64,000 nt of DNA from Oligoflexales bacterium (lineage in GTDB: Bacteria > Bdellovibrionota_B > Oligoflexia > Oligoflexales > Bog-1112), in contig JBGCEP010000028.1 in NCBI GenBank assembly GCA_045106415.1, positions 48,042-112,041 on the forward strand. Reading direction: 5' to 3'. Positions 28,434 through 39,123 of the stretch are shown here, one piece after another. The notes beneath the pieces are model-generated. The model was not told the origin of the DNA. It saw nothing but the letters and a program-made list of their open reading frames with translations, and ran no database searches. Every line of letters begins with the position of its first letter. Positions within the stretch are counted from its first letter, which is position 1. A program made the translations under genes and the position numbers.

Positions 28434-30488
28434 TTATAAGCTATGAACAAAGTCGATAAGATTTTGTCGCTCAGAAGCACTTAAGCTTTTAAATGCTTCC
28501 CGAGCACCTGACGCTTCACCACCATGCCATAAAATAGCTTCCATGACGTTCCTAGCTCTACCATCATGAAGCAAAGACATGTCTTCTAAGCCAGACACTG
28601 TGCTCAATAACCCGACTCCCCATAATGCAGGTGTTCTCCACTCAGCTCCTGAGGCCACACCCTCACTCAAACCATCAGCTAAGTCTTCTCCCATGTTATG
28701 GAGAAGAAGGTCTGTATAAGGATGAATTTCTTGTGATTGTAGTTCTTTCTGGCCGTGTGTGACACCTGTATGCATCGTTGGTCGATGACAATCTGCACAG
28801 CCTAATTTTGTAAAAAGAGATTTTCCTTCAGAAGATTCAGATCTTCTTTCTGGCACCCCTAAAGAACGAACATAAGTGCTCATCAGCTTTAAGTCTTCAT
28901 CAGACATCTCCGGATCAGTTGAACACTTAGGGTTTGATTGAGGGCATGGAAAAACACTCGTTGTAACATCCATATCAAGTTGAAGCGCTTCTGCTGTTTG
29001 ATGAAGAATAGATGCTTTACCTGCTTTCCAGCCAAAACGCCCAATTCTTTTACGACCTGTTACAGGATCGTTCACAACATTAATGCGTCCAGAAACTCCT
29101 GTACTACACTGTTGCCTTTGCACCTCTAATAAATAACTATCATCAATAGCTTCTAGTAGCCCCATACCAACCATTTGTCGGGCAACCCGAAAGGAAGGGT
29201 TTTTCAGCACCAAATCAGATCCTTCAGGTTTTTGAATTTTATATTTAGGTTTTCTCAGCACAACAGTTGTCCCATCACCCAACTGTACAGAAACATCTTC
29301 AAACCCTGGAATAATTTCTCCTTCAGGATTACTGCCAGCACTATTAAGCTGTTTTCCTATGGAATCATCTTCAGTTTTTACAACAATAGAAACCAAAGCA
29401 TTTCTATCATTCACAGATAAGTTCCCGCGTCCATTTTTAACATGACACTCTGAGCAAGACGAAGCATTCATTTGAGGGCCTGCGGACTGGCTGTATTGCG
29501 CAACTCTATCAGGTCGAAATGTTTTATCTCTTTCTGAGTGCTGGCCGGTTACAAAGTTTGTATGAAAAAGAGCTCGGCCTTCTACAAATTCTTGCACTGT
29601 TTCGCCTTGTAAATTCATAGATATTTGTGAATATGACATTTCTGGCTCTTTCAGTAACGAGCGAACCGTTGTTGCTCCTCCAGGGCTTCCAACAATACTA
29701 TTTGATGTGACCAAAACACCTTTACCCACGACATATCTCTGCGTAGCTGCATAATAATTCGTATCACCAGCTCGAATCCCTCCGACATCTCCGGCTCGAA
29801 TAGTTGCTTGATCTAAAAAAATTCCAAACTCAAACTCAACCACAGCACCATCTACGATGCGGTTATCCGTCACCTCATAAACATAAACTCCATTCTGAGG
29901 AGTCATCAAAACATTGACCTCGAAAATATTACCATCACCTGTATAGAAAACCCTTAAGTTAGGTAGAGGATCTCCTGCTTGTTGAGCAACCGGGTCATAT
30001 ATAAACCGAAGCTTTGCATCTCCCACTGTAGAAAAATCTTCGACCTCAAAACCAAAAGTCCTATGCTCCCAATAAAAATTAGGGAAAAAACCATATAAAT
30101 CTTCATTTTCATGGCGTATACGTACCCGTCCACCACCCAAAGTCCGTAAAACTCCATCTGTATCTGGGTTGTTTTTATAAACACCATATTGCGATAAATC
30201 CAGAGCTTCTTCCGAGCAAATCTCTTCTTGCGAGCCAGCTGCTACATCACCATCAATATCAACTGTTGAGGATGAGGGATCTTTTTGTGATTGCATTTGG
30301 CTTTCTTTTTCTTTTTCTTTTTTCAGGCGACCTGTCGCATCTCCATCTTCTTGTCCTCGAATATAGTCTGCTACAACAGGGTCAATCGACTGGCCTTGTT
30401 GAGTGCTCCGTGGCTGCGGTGTTGGGTTTGAGCAACTCGCTGCCAAAAAAACTACAAACAAAACAAGATATTGCAAAAACGACCACAT
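28434..30488 (-). CDS. Di-heme oxidoreductase (DHOR) family lipoprotein
   Basis: Lipobox AASC; CSECH and CADCH; GMGLLEAI, GRFGWKA, YTDLLLH, EWRTPALWG, LHDGRAR. Confidence 0.92.
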   Translation of the reverse strand: MWSFLQYLVLFVVFLAASCSNPTPQPRSTQQGQSIDPVVADYIRGQEDGDATGRLKKEKEKESQMQSQKDPSSSTVDIDGDVAAGSQEEICSEEALDLSQYGVYKNNPDTDGVLRTLGGGRVRIRHENEDLYGFFPNFYWEHRTFGFEVEDFSTVGDAKLRFIYDPVAQQAGDPLPNLRVFYTGDGNIFEVNVLMTPQNGVYVYEVTDNRIVDGAVVEFEFGIFLDQATIRAGDVGGIRAGDTNYYAATQRYVVGKGVLVTSNSIVGSPGGATTVRSLLKEPEMSYSQISMNLQGETVQEFVEGRALFHTNFVTGQHSERDKTFRPDRVAQYSQSAGPQMNASSCSECHVKNGRGNLSVNDRNALVSIVVKTEDDSIGKQLNSAGSNPEGEIIPGFEDVSVQLGDGTTVVLRKPKYKIQKPEGSDLVLKNPSFRVARQMVGMGLLEAIDDSYLLEVQRQQCSTGVSGRINVVNDPVTGRKRIGRFGWKAGKASILHQTAEALQLDMDVTTSVFPCPQSNPKCSTDPEMSDEDLKLMSTYVRSLGVPERRSESSEGKSLFTKLGCADCHRPTMHTGVTHGQKELQSQEIHPYTDLLLHNMGEDLADGLSEGVASGAEWRTPALWGVGLLSTVSGLEDMSLLHDGRARNVMEAILWHGGEASGAREAFKSLSASERQNLIDFVHSL

Positions 30489-30619
30489 AAAGAGACTCCT
30501 CTGGATTTCTCAGGTGGTCTATCGGTCATTTTTTTCATCAGCATAAGCTTAAAAAACTTATACCTATCTTTTTTTTATTATTCATAAGTTATCGACGATC
30601 TATCTTATGGTTTTTCTAT

Positions 30620-31543
30620 TCAGTTTCTTTTAGGCTTTTTAAAACCTGGGTGAGTCCTTATCAGGCGGAAATTTAAATCGTTTTCACTCACATTTTCAGA
30701 AATTTCCCCTTGAGATATCGGAGTCATATACGCGCGACAACCTTTCCTCATTTGAGTTCGAGTCCACTCAGGGCACTCAAAAATCCACACATTTTTTTCT
30801 GTACAAGAAAAAGACATATTCAGAAATTTATTCCAACTCGCGAGTTGGATCCATTCTTGGCAAGAGGGCAAGGAAAAACCAGAGAAAAAACCTTGCCTAT
30901 CACATTCTTTATTCAACTTTTTAAGGAACACATTAATTTCAGAAAAGTTTATATTTTTCATAAAACCTTTTCTATTTTCTAAAACATCACAACCTACCAC
31001 AGCATTATACTGCTTCTCAGAAATAGGTTTTTTTAAAAAAGAAAATCCTTTTTGGTATTGGATAAATTCAAACTCAACACCAAAAATAAATAATTTACAT
31101 ACATCAAAAATTTGAGAGATATGTTTTTTTTCTACATGCCACTTTCTTAGTAAAAAAAGATTTTCATGAAGATTTAACAAATGCAAGTCATCATAGAAAA
31201 TTTTATTAAAAACATTAGGAATAAACGATTTAATATTTAAAGAAACTTCTCGAGGAAGATCAAGAAAACCAGGCTGCGGTAAAATTCTTGTTTTATTCTC
31301 AATAGCGTTATGAATAGCAGCTAAGCTATCTAAGTGAACACTCAAATGTTCAAGAGAAATACAGCCTAAGACTTGAATTTTTGGTTTTACAAAGAGCTCA
31401 TGATATAAAACACTTTCTTCAAGACCATTAAATTTTTCTTCATGAAAGACAAACTCTGACCCTTGAAAACAAGATGTCACAATCTCGTAACTATAAGCTA
31501 TACTACAACAAAAAAACGCGCATAAAAATATATACTTTTTCAT
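30620..31543 (-). CDS. Secreted protein with F-box-like motif and degenerate FGE-sulfatase-like C-terminal domain
   Basis: Signal peptide; FLDLPREVSLNIKSFI; QYNAVVG, FLKKLNK, FSLPSCQEW, EWT, NFRLIRT. Confidence 0.55.
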   Translation of the reverse strand: MKKYIFLCAFFCCSIAYSYEIVTSCFQGSEFVFHEEKFNGLEESVLYHELFVKPKIQVLGCISLEHLSVHLDSLAAIHNAIENKTRILPQPGFLDLPREVSLNIKSFIPNVFNKIFYDDLHLLNLHENLFLLRKWHVEKKHISQIFDVCKLFIFGVEFEFIQYQKGFSFLKKPISEKQYNAVVGCDVLENRKGFMKNINFSEINVFLKKLNKECDRQGFFSGFSLPSCQEWIQLASWNKFLNMSFSCTEKNVWIFECPEWTRTQMRKGCRAYMTPISQGEISENVSENDLNFRLIRTHPGFKKPKRN

Positions 31544-31567
31544 ATTTATCTCAGAAATTTTTATTTA

Positions 31568-31603
31568 AGAAAGAGTCCCTATTCTCAAACAAGGACTCTT
31601 TCT
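31568..31603 (-). terminator. Likely intrinsic terminator after the acyl-CoA dehydrogenase gene
   Basis: 11-bp stem AGAAAGAGTCC/GGACTCTTTCT immediately after the stop. Confidence 0.65.
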
Positions 31604-31605
31604 CT

Positions 31606-33483
31606 TTAATCTTCAGTGCCAGTAGGTTGAGGGTTTGGATAATTTTTATTATCCAAACGATCTAATAAATCTTCAACAATTTCATCTGGTGTTTCTATAA
31701 GTGATTTTAAGTATTCTGCTCGTGGAAGAGATTTATAAAGAAATCTTTTTACAACCCACGCATAGTTTGGATCATCTTCAAAATCACACACCAAAGATTG
31801 AGAAAGAGCATCTAAAGTTTTTAATTCACACAAATATTCTGCCGCTAAAAGCGCAGGACGTAAATTTTCAAACTTCACTAAATCAGCACTAATTAATCGA
31901 ATAACTTTAGATAGGTCTGCATCCTGACCGACCTTATCTTTAACGTTTCTCTTTACTAGTCGAAACAAAATGCTAACAATTGAGCTATGCAGCATTTGCT
32001 GAATTTTTATTGATTTTTTATGAGAGTCACTCTTTGCTGTTACAATTTTAATTCGTAGCGACAAGCCTTGTTCAATAAACGTTCTTGGGTTTCGAACCAC
32101 CTCTTTTAATGTATCTTTAAGGCACATTAAGGCTTGAATCTGTGAGGTGCCTTCATAGATTGGATAAACTAAACTTTCTCTCAACCAACGCTCAGCATCA
32201 TATTCTTTTGTAAAACCATACCCCCCAAGCAACTGTAATGCTTGCCTTGATTGCCACACGGCTCTTTCCGTTACCCAGTATTTTAATAGAGGAGTCCAAA
32301 TTCTTAATTTTTTTTGATGTTTTCTAACAAGTTTTTCAACCTTAGATCTTTCTTCAAAAGAAAGGTCTCCTTTAAGTTTTTTTTCACCACTAACAACAAT
32401 AGACCTTGAATGTGCAGTCTTATAGCCAAAACTTCTAGCAGCACGTATTTCAACATCCATATCCATGAGCATCGATGCAACTAACTCATGCTGCGCTAAA
32501 GGCTTCCCCCAAGCTTGCCTTTGGCTCGTATATTCTGAAGCCATCTCATATGTTGCTTGCATAAGACCTAAGGCTTGAAAAGCAACACCAATACGAGAGT
32601 CATTCATCAGTTGAAGCATGTAATGAAAACCTTCATTAGGTTTTCCTATCAACCATCCAACAGACTGGTTATAGACGAGTTCAGCTGTAGCTGAACCGTT
32701 CAAAGCCACTTTATGTTCAAGTTTTTCAATATGAATATTTTCTTTTGATTCTATAGTTCGTGGGCACAAATAAAGCGATAAATTTCCAAGCCCTTCAGCG
32801 CCTTTTGTTGTTTTTGCTAAAACAAGACTAATATCGGCAGTTCCATTTGTAATAAATCTTTTACATCCACTTAAAAGCCAAGTTCCATCTTCTTGTTCTT
32901 CTGCATATGTTTGAATAGAACCCAAATCACTTCCCGTGTTCGGTTCACTCAAAGCCATATTGCCTGATATTTTTCCAGATGCGATTTGTGGTATAAAACG
33001 CTGAGAAAGTTCTTCGCTTCCAAATTTTTCAATAACATGTGCGATTGAGCTATACCAAGTACAATTTAAAGTTGTTGAGGGACAAGCTCTATTCAACATT
33101 TCTAAAGCTGCCATTTCAACTGTATAAGGAGCTCCTAGTCCACCATATTCTGGCGAAACTCCAAAAGGAGCTAACCCAATATCTTTTAACAATTCTAGAT
33201 TTTGTTTGAGCTCTTCTGGAAGAACAAGGGCTTGTTCTTTGAGGTAAACAGGATTTTCATCAATCTTTCTCTGATTGTTTTGAAGCTCATGAGCACAAAC
33301 TCTGCCAACTTCTTTGAGAGCTTCTTCCCATTGTTCAGCATACTCAACAGCCTGCTCAGCACCGATCGCATCTTTATCAGCATCTGATAAGAGGGCAAAA
33401 AATTCCTTGTCCTTCATAGCTAAACGAAGATGGTACATAAGGTTATCATTATCTTCAAAAAAGTTTTTTATCTGCATAAACAC
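31606..33483 (-). CDS. Acyl-CoA dehydrogenase family protein
   Basis: MALSEPNTGSDL, GCKRFITNG, MNDSRIGV, QLLGGYGF, IYEGTSQIQ. Confidence 0.93.
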   Translation of the reverse strand: MFMQIKNFFEDNDNLMYHLRLAMKDKEFFALLSDADKDAIGAEQAVEYAEQWEEALKEVGRVCAHELQNNQRKIDENPVYLKEQALVLPEELKQNLELLKDIGLAPFGVSPEYGGLGAPYTVEMAALEMLNRACPSTTLNCTWYSSIAHVIEKFGSEELSQRFIPQIASGKISGNMALSEPNTGSDLGSIQTYAEEQEDGTWLLSGCKRFITNGTADISLVLAKTTKGAEGLGNLSLYLCPRTIESKENIHIEKLEHKVALNGSATAELVYNQSVGWLIGKPNEGFHYMLQLMNDSRIGVAFQALGLMQATYEMASEYTSQRQAWGKPLAQHELVASMLMDMDVEIRAARSFGYKTAHSRSIVVSGEKKLKGDLSFEERSKVEKLVRKHQKKLRIWTPLLKYWVTERAVWQSRQALQLLGGYGFTKEYDAERWLRESLVYPIYEGTSQIQALMCLKDTLKEVVRNPRTFIEQGLSLRIKIVTAKSDSHKKSIKIQQMLHSSIVSILFRLVKRNVKDKVGQDADLSKVIRLISADLVKFENLRPALLAAEYLCELKTLDALSQSLVCDFEDDPNYAWVVKRFLYKSLPRAEYLKSLIETPDEIVEDLLDRLDNKNYPNPQPTGTED

Positions 33484-33532
33484 TCCCTCAATGAAGCCTA
33501 AAGTATAATGATACTATGAGAAAGGAAACTCT

Positions 33533-34138
33533 ATGCGACTCATCATACCGACTTTAATTTTAAGCACATTTGCTTTCAACAACATACCAAGAGCAGTGGC
33601 TACTGACGAGCCTAATCTTCGCGAAATTTGTAGAAAACGCGTTGCTGGCCTCTACTTAAAAATTCATGATGAAGCAGAGTTAGCCGGACAAGTACTCAAA
33701 CACAATAGAAAATCAATAAAAACACACCAACAAGCTTTGAAAAAGCTAGGGGAAGAGCTCCTAAAGACAAAAAGCTTAAACAAAAAAATGCCTTATGATT
33801 CAAAAAGGTTTCACTTTGAACACAGTCTTGAACAAAAAATAGACCTCCTCAAAGAAAACCTCATTCATTATAAGACCTCTCAGAAAAAAATCATTGAGCA
33901 GCTAAAAAATCGAGCATTGAAAAAATCTTATTTAAAAAAGAAAATAAGCCAAATTTTTATTTTTGAAAAAAGAGATAAAAATATTTTCGGATACCCTTTT
34001 CAAATCATGTGGAAATCATCTTGTCCAAAATGGCGCCTCTCTTGCCCATTAGACAGAAAAACCGCCCAGAAATTAATAAATATTTGGGCGGATGCTACTC
34101 AAAATTCATGTCACAAGTATTCAAATATGATTCATTGA
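33533..34138 (+). CDS. Hypothetical secreted coiled-coil protein
   Basis: Signal peptide, heptad-rich centre, C-terminal Cys residues; AAGGA RBS. Confidence 0.6.
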   Translation: MRLIIPTLILSTFAFNNIPRAVATDEPNLREICRKRVAGLYLKIHDEAELAGQVLKHNRKSIKTHQQALKKLGEELLKTKSLNKKMPYDSKRFHFEHSLEQKIDLLKENLIHYKTSQKKIIEQLKNRALKKSYLKKKISQIFIFEKRDKNIFGYPFQIMWKSSCPKWRLSCPLDRKTAQKLINIWADATQNSCHKYSNMIH

Positions 34139-34144
34139 ATAACT

Positions 34145-37100
34145 TTAAGAATCTTTTAGCTTGTTGGATTGCTGTAATGTTTGCATTGTTAAATCACGAG
34201 CTGCACTTCTACGCAAGATCATTGCAACAAGGTCTTGAGACGAAATATTCGAAGAGCGAATTTCATCTATAAGATGACCTGCATGCTGATCTTGTCGAAT
34301 ATACTCAGTAATAACTCGATATTTCTCTGATGACCCCATCCCTTTAAGCCACTGTAAACCTTCGCGATAAATCACAGAACTTGCTATAAATGCTGCTAAA
34401 ACTGCAATTTTATGCGATTTAGGAAGTTCGTTCAAGATACGATCTTTATATTTTTCTACCAAAATACTTGGGCAATACCTTAACAATAACCCTTGAAACA
34501 ATGGATCAGCTAAGACATGGTCTGCATCGTCAGTAAACTTTTCTAGCAGCAAATCTTTAATGACGTTAATTTCATGAGATATTTCTAAAGATAAATCAAC
34601 TAAAGGTTGATGTTTACCGTGGCGGACATATTCCGTAAAAAGCAGCTCTGCTTCTAAAGCGGCTTTTTCACGTAAAATTTCCACCACCTGAGCGACATAC
34701 TTTTCTTTTATTTTTTCAAATTCTTTTTGATTAAGGATCAAAGAAGCAATAATTTCAAAGGAAGAACAAATCACACCTGTTTTATTCGCGCTTGAATCTT
34801 TTACCATCAAAATACCAAGTTGCTGAATATAAACTCTAGCTTCTTTTGTAAAGAAAATATTGGCACCTTCAACAATAGCTCGACACGTCAGTTGACCTTC
34901 TTCATTTTTAAACAGCTTTGCATTACTTTCTTTCACTGTATATGGACGACCACCTGCAGGGATAAAAATATCAGAAACAGCTGTCGCATGAAGATTATTA
35001 CGGCGTCGGATACTTTCTGTAGAATCCGCCTTTACAACCCAAGCATCTTCTCCACTCAAGGCAGCACTATTAAATTCACAGATAGATTTATTATTTTCAA
35101 CAAGTGATAAAAGTTCTTTCCAGTCCAAGCCTTTTGGATCAAAAGCAGCACCTAAGCCATCAGCAATCGCTACGACTCTAGCATTTTCACCATATTCTCG
35201 ATGTAAAATTTTCATTTCATTACCAGCGACATCACCATCGGGTCCGCCTGTAAATTTGACTGTGAATTTTTCTTTACACGGATCAATATCCAAGTGCTTT
35301 AACACTCGGTCTACATAAACATGAACCCCTTCTGAGGTCACTCCATACTCTTTGTGGTTGATCCCATCATCTGGTTTTGAAGAGATAAATGCTCTCGCAT
35401 ATTTATACCCACGACGCTCAGCTTGACGAGGTATCCATTGGATTAGGTTATTGCTCATGTTTTCATCTGGACCCAAGTAGATAATTTCTTCACGCGAATC
35501 ATAATTAATCATTCTCGTGCCAATATCTTCTTGTGCCTCATCTCTATCAACTAAAAGATCTAGCATTGCATTAATAGCACCTTTGACCGATCGATCACGA
35601 CTTCCTTCTGGTGAGAGAAGAAGAACAGCTTTCGATCCACCTTCAGGGATATCTTTATTTTTCATCTGCTGTGCATGACTCAATCCATAGACTTCATCAA
35701 ACAACCCTGAAAGAGCATGGCTATAATCAGCAGAATTGGTTGGCATCACAACCCTCAGACCGCCACGAGCAACATCACGCCATCTAACATGAAAAAATCG
35801 GTAATGACGACCAACAACAAAAAAGACACCAAATGGTTTTTGAGGGTAATGCTTCTCATCTAAAATATCTGGTGATAAACGAAAAGCAAGCCCTGTCTTA
35901 CTCATAATGTAGTAGTTTGTCTTCAAAAGATGATCAATAAATCGAAGAGATTCACCAAAAATTTGTCTTTCAACGCGGTTAATCACTTTATCAATTTCGA
36001 TTTTCAAACCAGCTTTTGCTTTTGAATAACCATCGTCTGACCTCTGCTTTTCATAGTGAGGATCAAATTTCATTCGAAATAAATCAACGAGTCCAAGTGT
36101 TAGTTGATTATTGTGAGAAAATGTTTCTTGAATTTTGTGATCCGAGTAATAATGAACATTTTCTTTACTCAAAACAACATGAACCCAAATAGCTAAACTT
36201 CGAATCAAATTTGCAGCATTAATAGATAATTCTGTTGGCTCTTGCATTAACTGACTGTAGTCGTCTTGATCGACCCAACCCAACGTTTGTAGGGCTTTTG
36301 TAAGTTTAATCATAGAAAAGTGTTCGCCATTTACTTTTTGACCTGATTCATGCTGAATCACAAAGTGCATGACAGATATCGATTCTTCTAATTGCTCATC
36401 AAAACGAATAATAAAAGCCCGTACAATATCAAAACCATAACGATTCATAAGGTGCATTACTTGGCTTAAAACACTTCCCAACTCAACATTTTTAAAGCCT
36501 ACAGAAAGCCTTGCTGTTGATGAGTTATCAAAAGGCTCAACAATAGTGTGAGCTCCTTCATGATTCAGCATATAATGAACCATGCGATATGTAATTTGCA
36601 GACGAGCAGCTGTTGCATAAACAACAAAATCGTTATCTAAACTCTGCAAATAAGTTTCCACTGACTCAGAGGAATCTGGAAACTCTTGAAGAATTAGCTT
36701 TCGCGCTGCTTCTATTTTTGTCAAAATACGAGAATTTGCTGCATCTGCTGGTAAAAATTCTCGACAGAAAAACGTAGATAAGAAAAGCAATTTATCTCTC
36801 GAGAAATAAATAGATCCCATTTTAAGTTCAAGGTTATTTAGGCGACTTGCCATTTCTACAAGGATTTTTCTGTCACCACCAGGCCCAATATAGGTTACTT
36901 TTCTACGACTACGATCCCACAACTCTACTGTTTGCTTTGATTCAAACACATGTCCCGTAATGACAGCCGATAAGTGCCTTACTTTTTCAGCTCGTGGCGT
37001 GGTCTGATAATAAATTTGAGGCATGTTATTAAAAAACCAAGGAGTTAAAATAGCAATACTCTGGTCTAGGCCTATCCGTACAGTATCAGCAATGTCTTCA

Positions 37101-37285
37101 ATATAACGCTCAAGTTCACGCCCTGATTTTTCCATCTCACCTGACGCAACTGAAACTTGATCAACACTATCAAAACCTTCAGTATTCGCTTCACCCTGCT
37201 CTTTTTCATCGTCGACCGGCTGGGTTGATGTATAGGGTTTCTTCGTTGTCATAACTTCCCCTTTTGAATTCGATTTTGCCACCAA
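34145..37285 (-). CDS. Large NAD-specific glutamate dehydrogenase; likely start 37252
   Basis: VARGGLRVV, KNKDIPEGGSKAV, YLGPDENM, HKEYGVTSEG, TGGPDGDVAGN, VEGANIF, KDSSANKTGV. Confidence 0.93.
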   Translation of the reverse strand: MVAKSNSKGEVMTTKKPYTSTQPVDDEKEQGEANTEGFDSVDQVSVASGEMEKSGRELERYIEDIADTVRIGLDQSIAILTPWFFNNMPQIYYQTTPRAEKVRHLSAVITGHVFESKQTVELWDRSRRKVTYIGPGGDRKILVEMASRLNNLELKMGSIYFSRDKLLFLSTFFCREFLPADAANSRILTKIEAARKLILQEFPDSSESVETYLQSLDNDFVVYATAARLQITYRMVHYMLNHEGAHTIVEPFDNSSTARLSVGFKNVELGSVLSQVMHLMNRYGFDIVRAFIIRFDEQLEESISVMHFVIQHESGQKVNGEHFSMIKLTKALQTLGWVDQDDYSQLMQEPTELSINAANLIRSLAIWVHVVLSKENVHYYSDHKIQETFSHNNQLTLGLVDLFRMKFDPHYEKQRSDDGYSKAKAGLKIEIDKVINRVERQIFGESLRFIDHLLKTNYYIMSKTGLAFRLSPDILDEKHYPQKPFGVFFVVGRHYRFFHVRWRDVARGGLRVVMPTNSADYSHALSGLFDEVYGLSHAQQMKNKDIPEGGSKAVLLLSPEGSRDRSVKGAINAMLDLLVDRDEAQEDIGTRMINYDSREEIIYLGPDENMSNNLIQWIPRQAERRGYKYARAFISSKPDDGINHKEYGVTSEGVHVYVDRVLKHLDIDPCKEKFTVKFTGGPDGDVAGNEMKILHREYGENARVVAIADGLGAAFDPKGLDWKELLSLVENNKSICEFNSAALSGEDAWVVKADSTESIRRRNNLHATAVSDIFIPAGGRPYTVKESNAKLFKNEEGQLTCRAIVEGANIFFTKEARVYIQQLGILMVKDSSANKTGVICSSFEIIASLILNQKEFEKIKEKYVAQVVEILREKAALEAELLFTEYVRHGKHQPLVDLSLEISHEINVIKDLLLEKFTDDADHVLADPLFQGLLLRYCPSILVEKYKDRILNELPKSHKIAVLAAFIASSVIYREGLQWLKGMGSSEKYRVITEYIRQDQHAGHLIDEIRSSNISSQDLVAMILRRSAARDLTMQTLQQSNKLKDS

Positions 37286-38613
37286 GCATCAAGCTCATTT
37301 AATTTCTTATCTGTGATCACTCGACCATCAGCCCACTTCAAGACATCATTCGCTGGCGTCAATCGCTGCGAAGTATACCTCTCATAAAACAACTCTAACT
37401 TTTCTCGATACTCAGAGAAACCTTGCCTCTCCAGACCTTCCATTGCCAACTGGCACAATATTTGTGTCACTCTAGCAACTCTGTCATTTTCAAGACCGAA
37501 ACGAGCCTGAAATACACTTTCTGCATGCAGAGAGTATTCAGGCTGTAAAACCTCTAAAGTTTTATGCACATTGTTTTTATCGTAAAGGAGTCCGACAAAA
37601 AAAGCAGCCGGCATCATTTGTAAAGACCGCAACTGTCCATCAACAGACCGTAACTCTAAGAAACCTTTTGGTCTAACTTCCGGAAACATTAAAGACAAGT
37701 GCTGCTCAAAATCTTTTTGTTCAGGATAAACTCCCTTGTAACCGTCTCGAATCCACTCTCTCATGGTTATGGGCTTATCTGGATTCTCGTACTGTAATGC
37801 TGCAATATAAACAACACGCGCATCAAGAACTGCATCAACATACGATTGCACACATGTCTTGTAGTGAAGATGCTTCACAAGACTATCAAGACCAGGATAA
37901 CCCGTTCTTGTTTTATCCAGTTCATACCAAGACTGAGTTCTTGTGCCAACATTATCCGTTTGCTTTCCATTTAAGAATGTCGAATTTGCGAACATTGCAG
38001 CGGCAAATGGGCTTATAAGTTGACTTGCTAAATAACGGTGCAGCATTGATTCTTGGTCAGGACCAAAATCAAGACACACTTGCACTGTCATCGTTTGTCT
38101 CATCATCACTCGCCCCCAGGGTCCGATATTCTGAAAATGACGATCCATAGCTTTATAGCGAGACTTCGCAAGTCGAAGTCCTATCTTTTCGGCTTTTTCC
38201 CAGGGGTTTGTCCCAACCTGGAGAGCTTGAATACCATGAGGCTCAAAACAAGTGTCAAGCTTATTTTGTAGAGCTTTTAATGTTTTTTCAACATCCTGAA
38301 TAGACGCTTCAGGCTCAGTTGCAATTTCAAGCTGCCCCCCAGGTTCAAAGGTCAGCGCCCCTGCCTCAGGTTGATCTTTCCACGACAAAGCTACGACAAC
38401 ATCACCATCATAGACTGGACGTAAAGGAAGATTCTCTTGTAACAATTCCTGCAGTTTTGGCAAAGGAATTGATTCTTGAGATTTTGTCACAAGCATTTCT
38501 AATTCAAGACCAATACGATCGGTTTGACCTAAAGCTGAAAAGCACTGAGATTCAACAAGATGAAAGCATTCATCTAAACACAGGCGGCTGGGTGATGGTG
38601 AGCTTACAGTCAA
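37249..38613 (-). CDS. Glutamate-cysteine ligase family 2 (GCS2; GshA/EgtA-like)
   Basis: IGLELE, TFEPGGQLE, RYKAM, MMRQTMTVQVCLD, FPEVRPKGFLELRSVD. Confidence 0.88.
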   Translation of the reverse strand: MTVSSPSPSRLCLDECFHLVESQCFSALGQTDRIGLELEMLVTKSQESIPLPKLQELLQENLPLRPVYDGDVVVALSWKDQPEAGALTFEPGGQLEIATEPEASIQDVEKTLKALQNKLDTCFEPHGIQALQVGTNPWEKAEKIGLRLAKSRYKAMDRHFQNIGPWGRVMMRQTMTVQVCLDFGPDQESMLHRYLASQLISPFAAAMFANSTFLNGKQTDNVGTRTQSWYELDKTRTGYPGLDSLVKHLHYKTCVQSYVDAVLDARVVYIAALQYENPDKPITMREWIRDGYKGVYPEQKDFEQHLSLMFPEVRPKGFLELRSVDGQLRSLQMMPAAFFVGLLYDKNNVHKTLEVLQPEYSLHAESVFQARFGLENDRVARVTQILCQLAMEGLERQGFSEYREKLELFYERYTSQRLTPANDVLKWADGRVITDKKLNELDAWWQNRIQKGKL

Positions 38614-38641
38614 TCATCTCTCCTCATGATTCAGGATCGCT

Positions 38642-39109
38642 CTACTCAGCCGGATTCACTTCCGAATCATCTATGATTTCTTCATCTCCGGCTGGAGCTT
38701 CAACGTTCATTGCAAACTCTGTTATACCGCTCTGACGTACGGTATCAATCAGTTTCACAACAGCACCGTGAGGAGTTTCTTGATCTGCTGTAATCAGGGC
38801 CTGTAACTGCGCCCCTGATTGAGCATCCTTACGCGCCTTCTCAATCTGCTCTGCTACTTGCGGAAAGTCAATAAGTTCTCCATCTAAAAACAACCTAGAG
38901 TCTTTATCAAGAACAAACGCTAAGTTTTTAGAAACATCGGTATTCTCACCTGTTTCTGCCTGTGGAAGCTTAATATCAATAGTTTTATGAACAACATGAG
39001 ATGCTGTCACCATAAAAATCACGAGAAGAACCAACATCACATCGACAAGGGGTGTGACATTAATACCTGTTATTTCATCTTCATCACCATCGGACTGAGC
39101 ACCCATCAC
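38642..39109 (-). CDS. exbD: ExbD/TolR family protein
   Basis: INVTPLVDVMLVLLVIFMV; ADQETPHGAVV. Confidence 0.9.
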   Translation of the reverse strand: MMGAQSDGDEDEITGINVTPLVDVMLVLLVIFMVTASHVVHKTIDIKLPQAETGENTDVSKNLAFVLDKDSRLFLDGELIDFPQVAEQIEKARKDAQSGAQLQALITADQETPHGAVVKLIDTVRQSGITEFAMNVEAPAGDEEIIDDSEVNPAE

Positions 39110-39123
39110 ACATCTCCGTTATC

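Noticed and set aside
30620..31543. Diversity-generating retroelement target (FGE/CLec-like C-terminus)
   Set aside because: No reverse transcriptase and no template/variable repeat pair seen in the window
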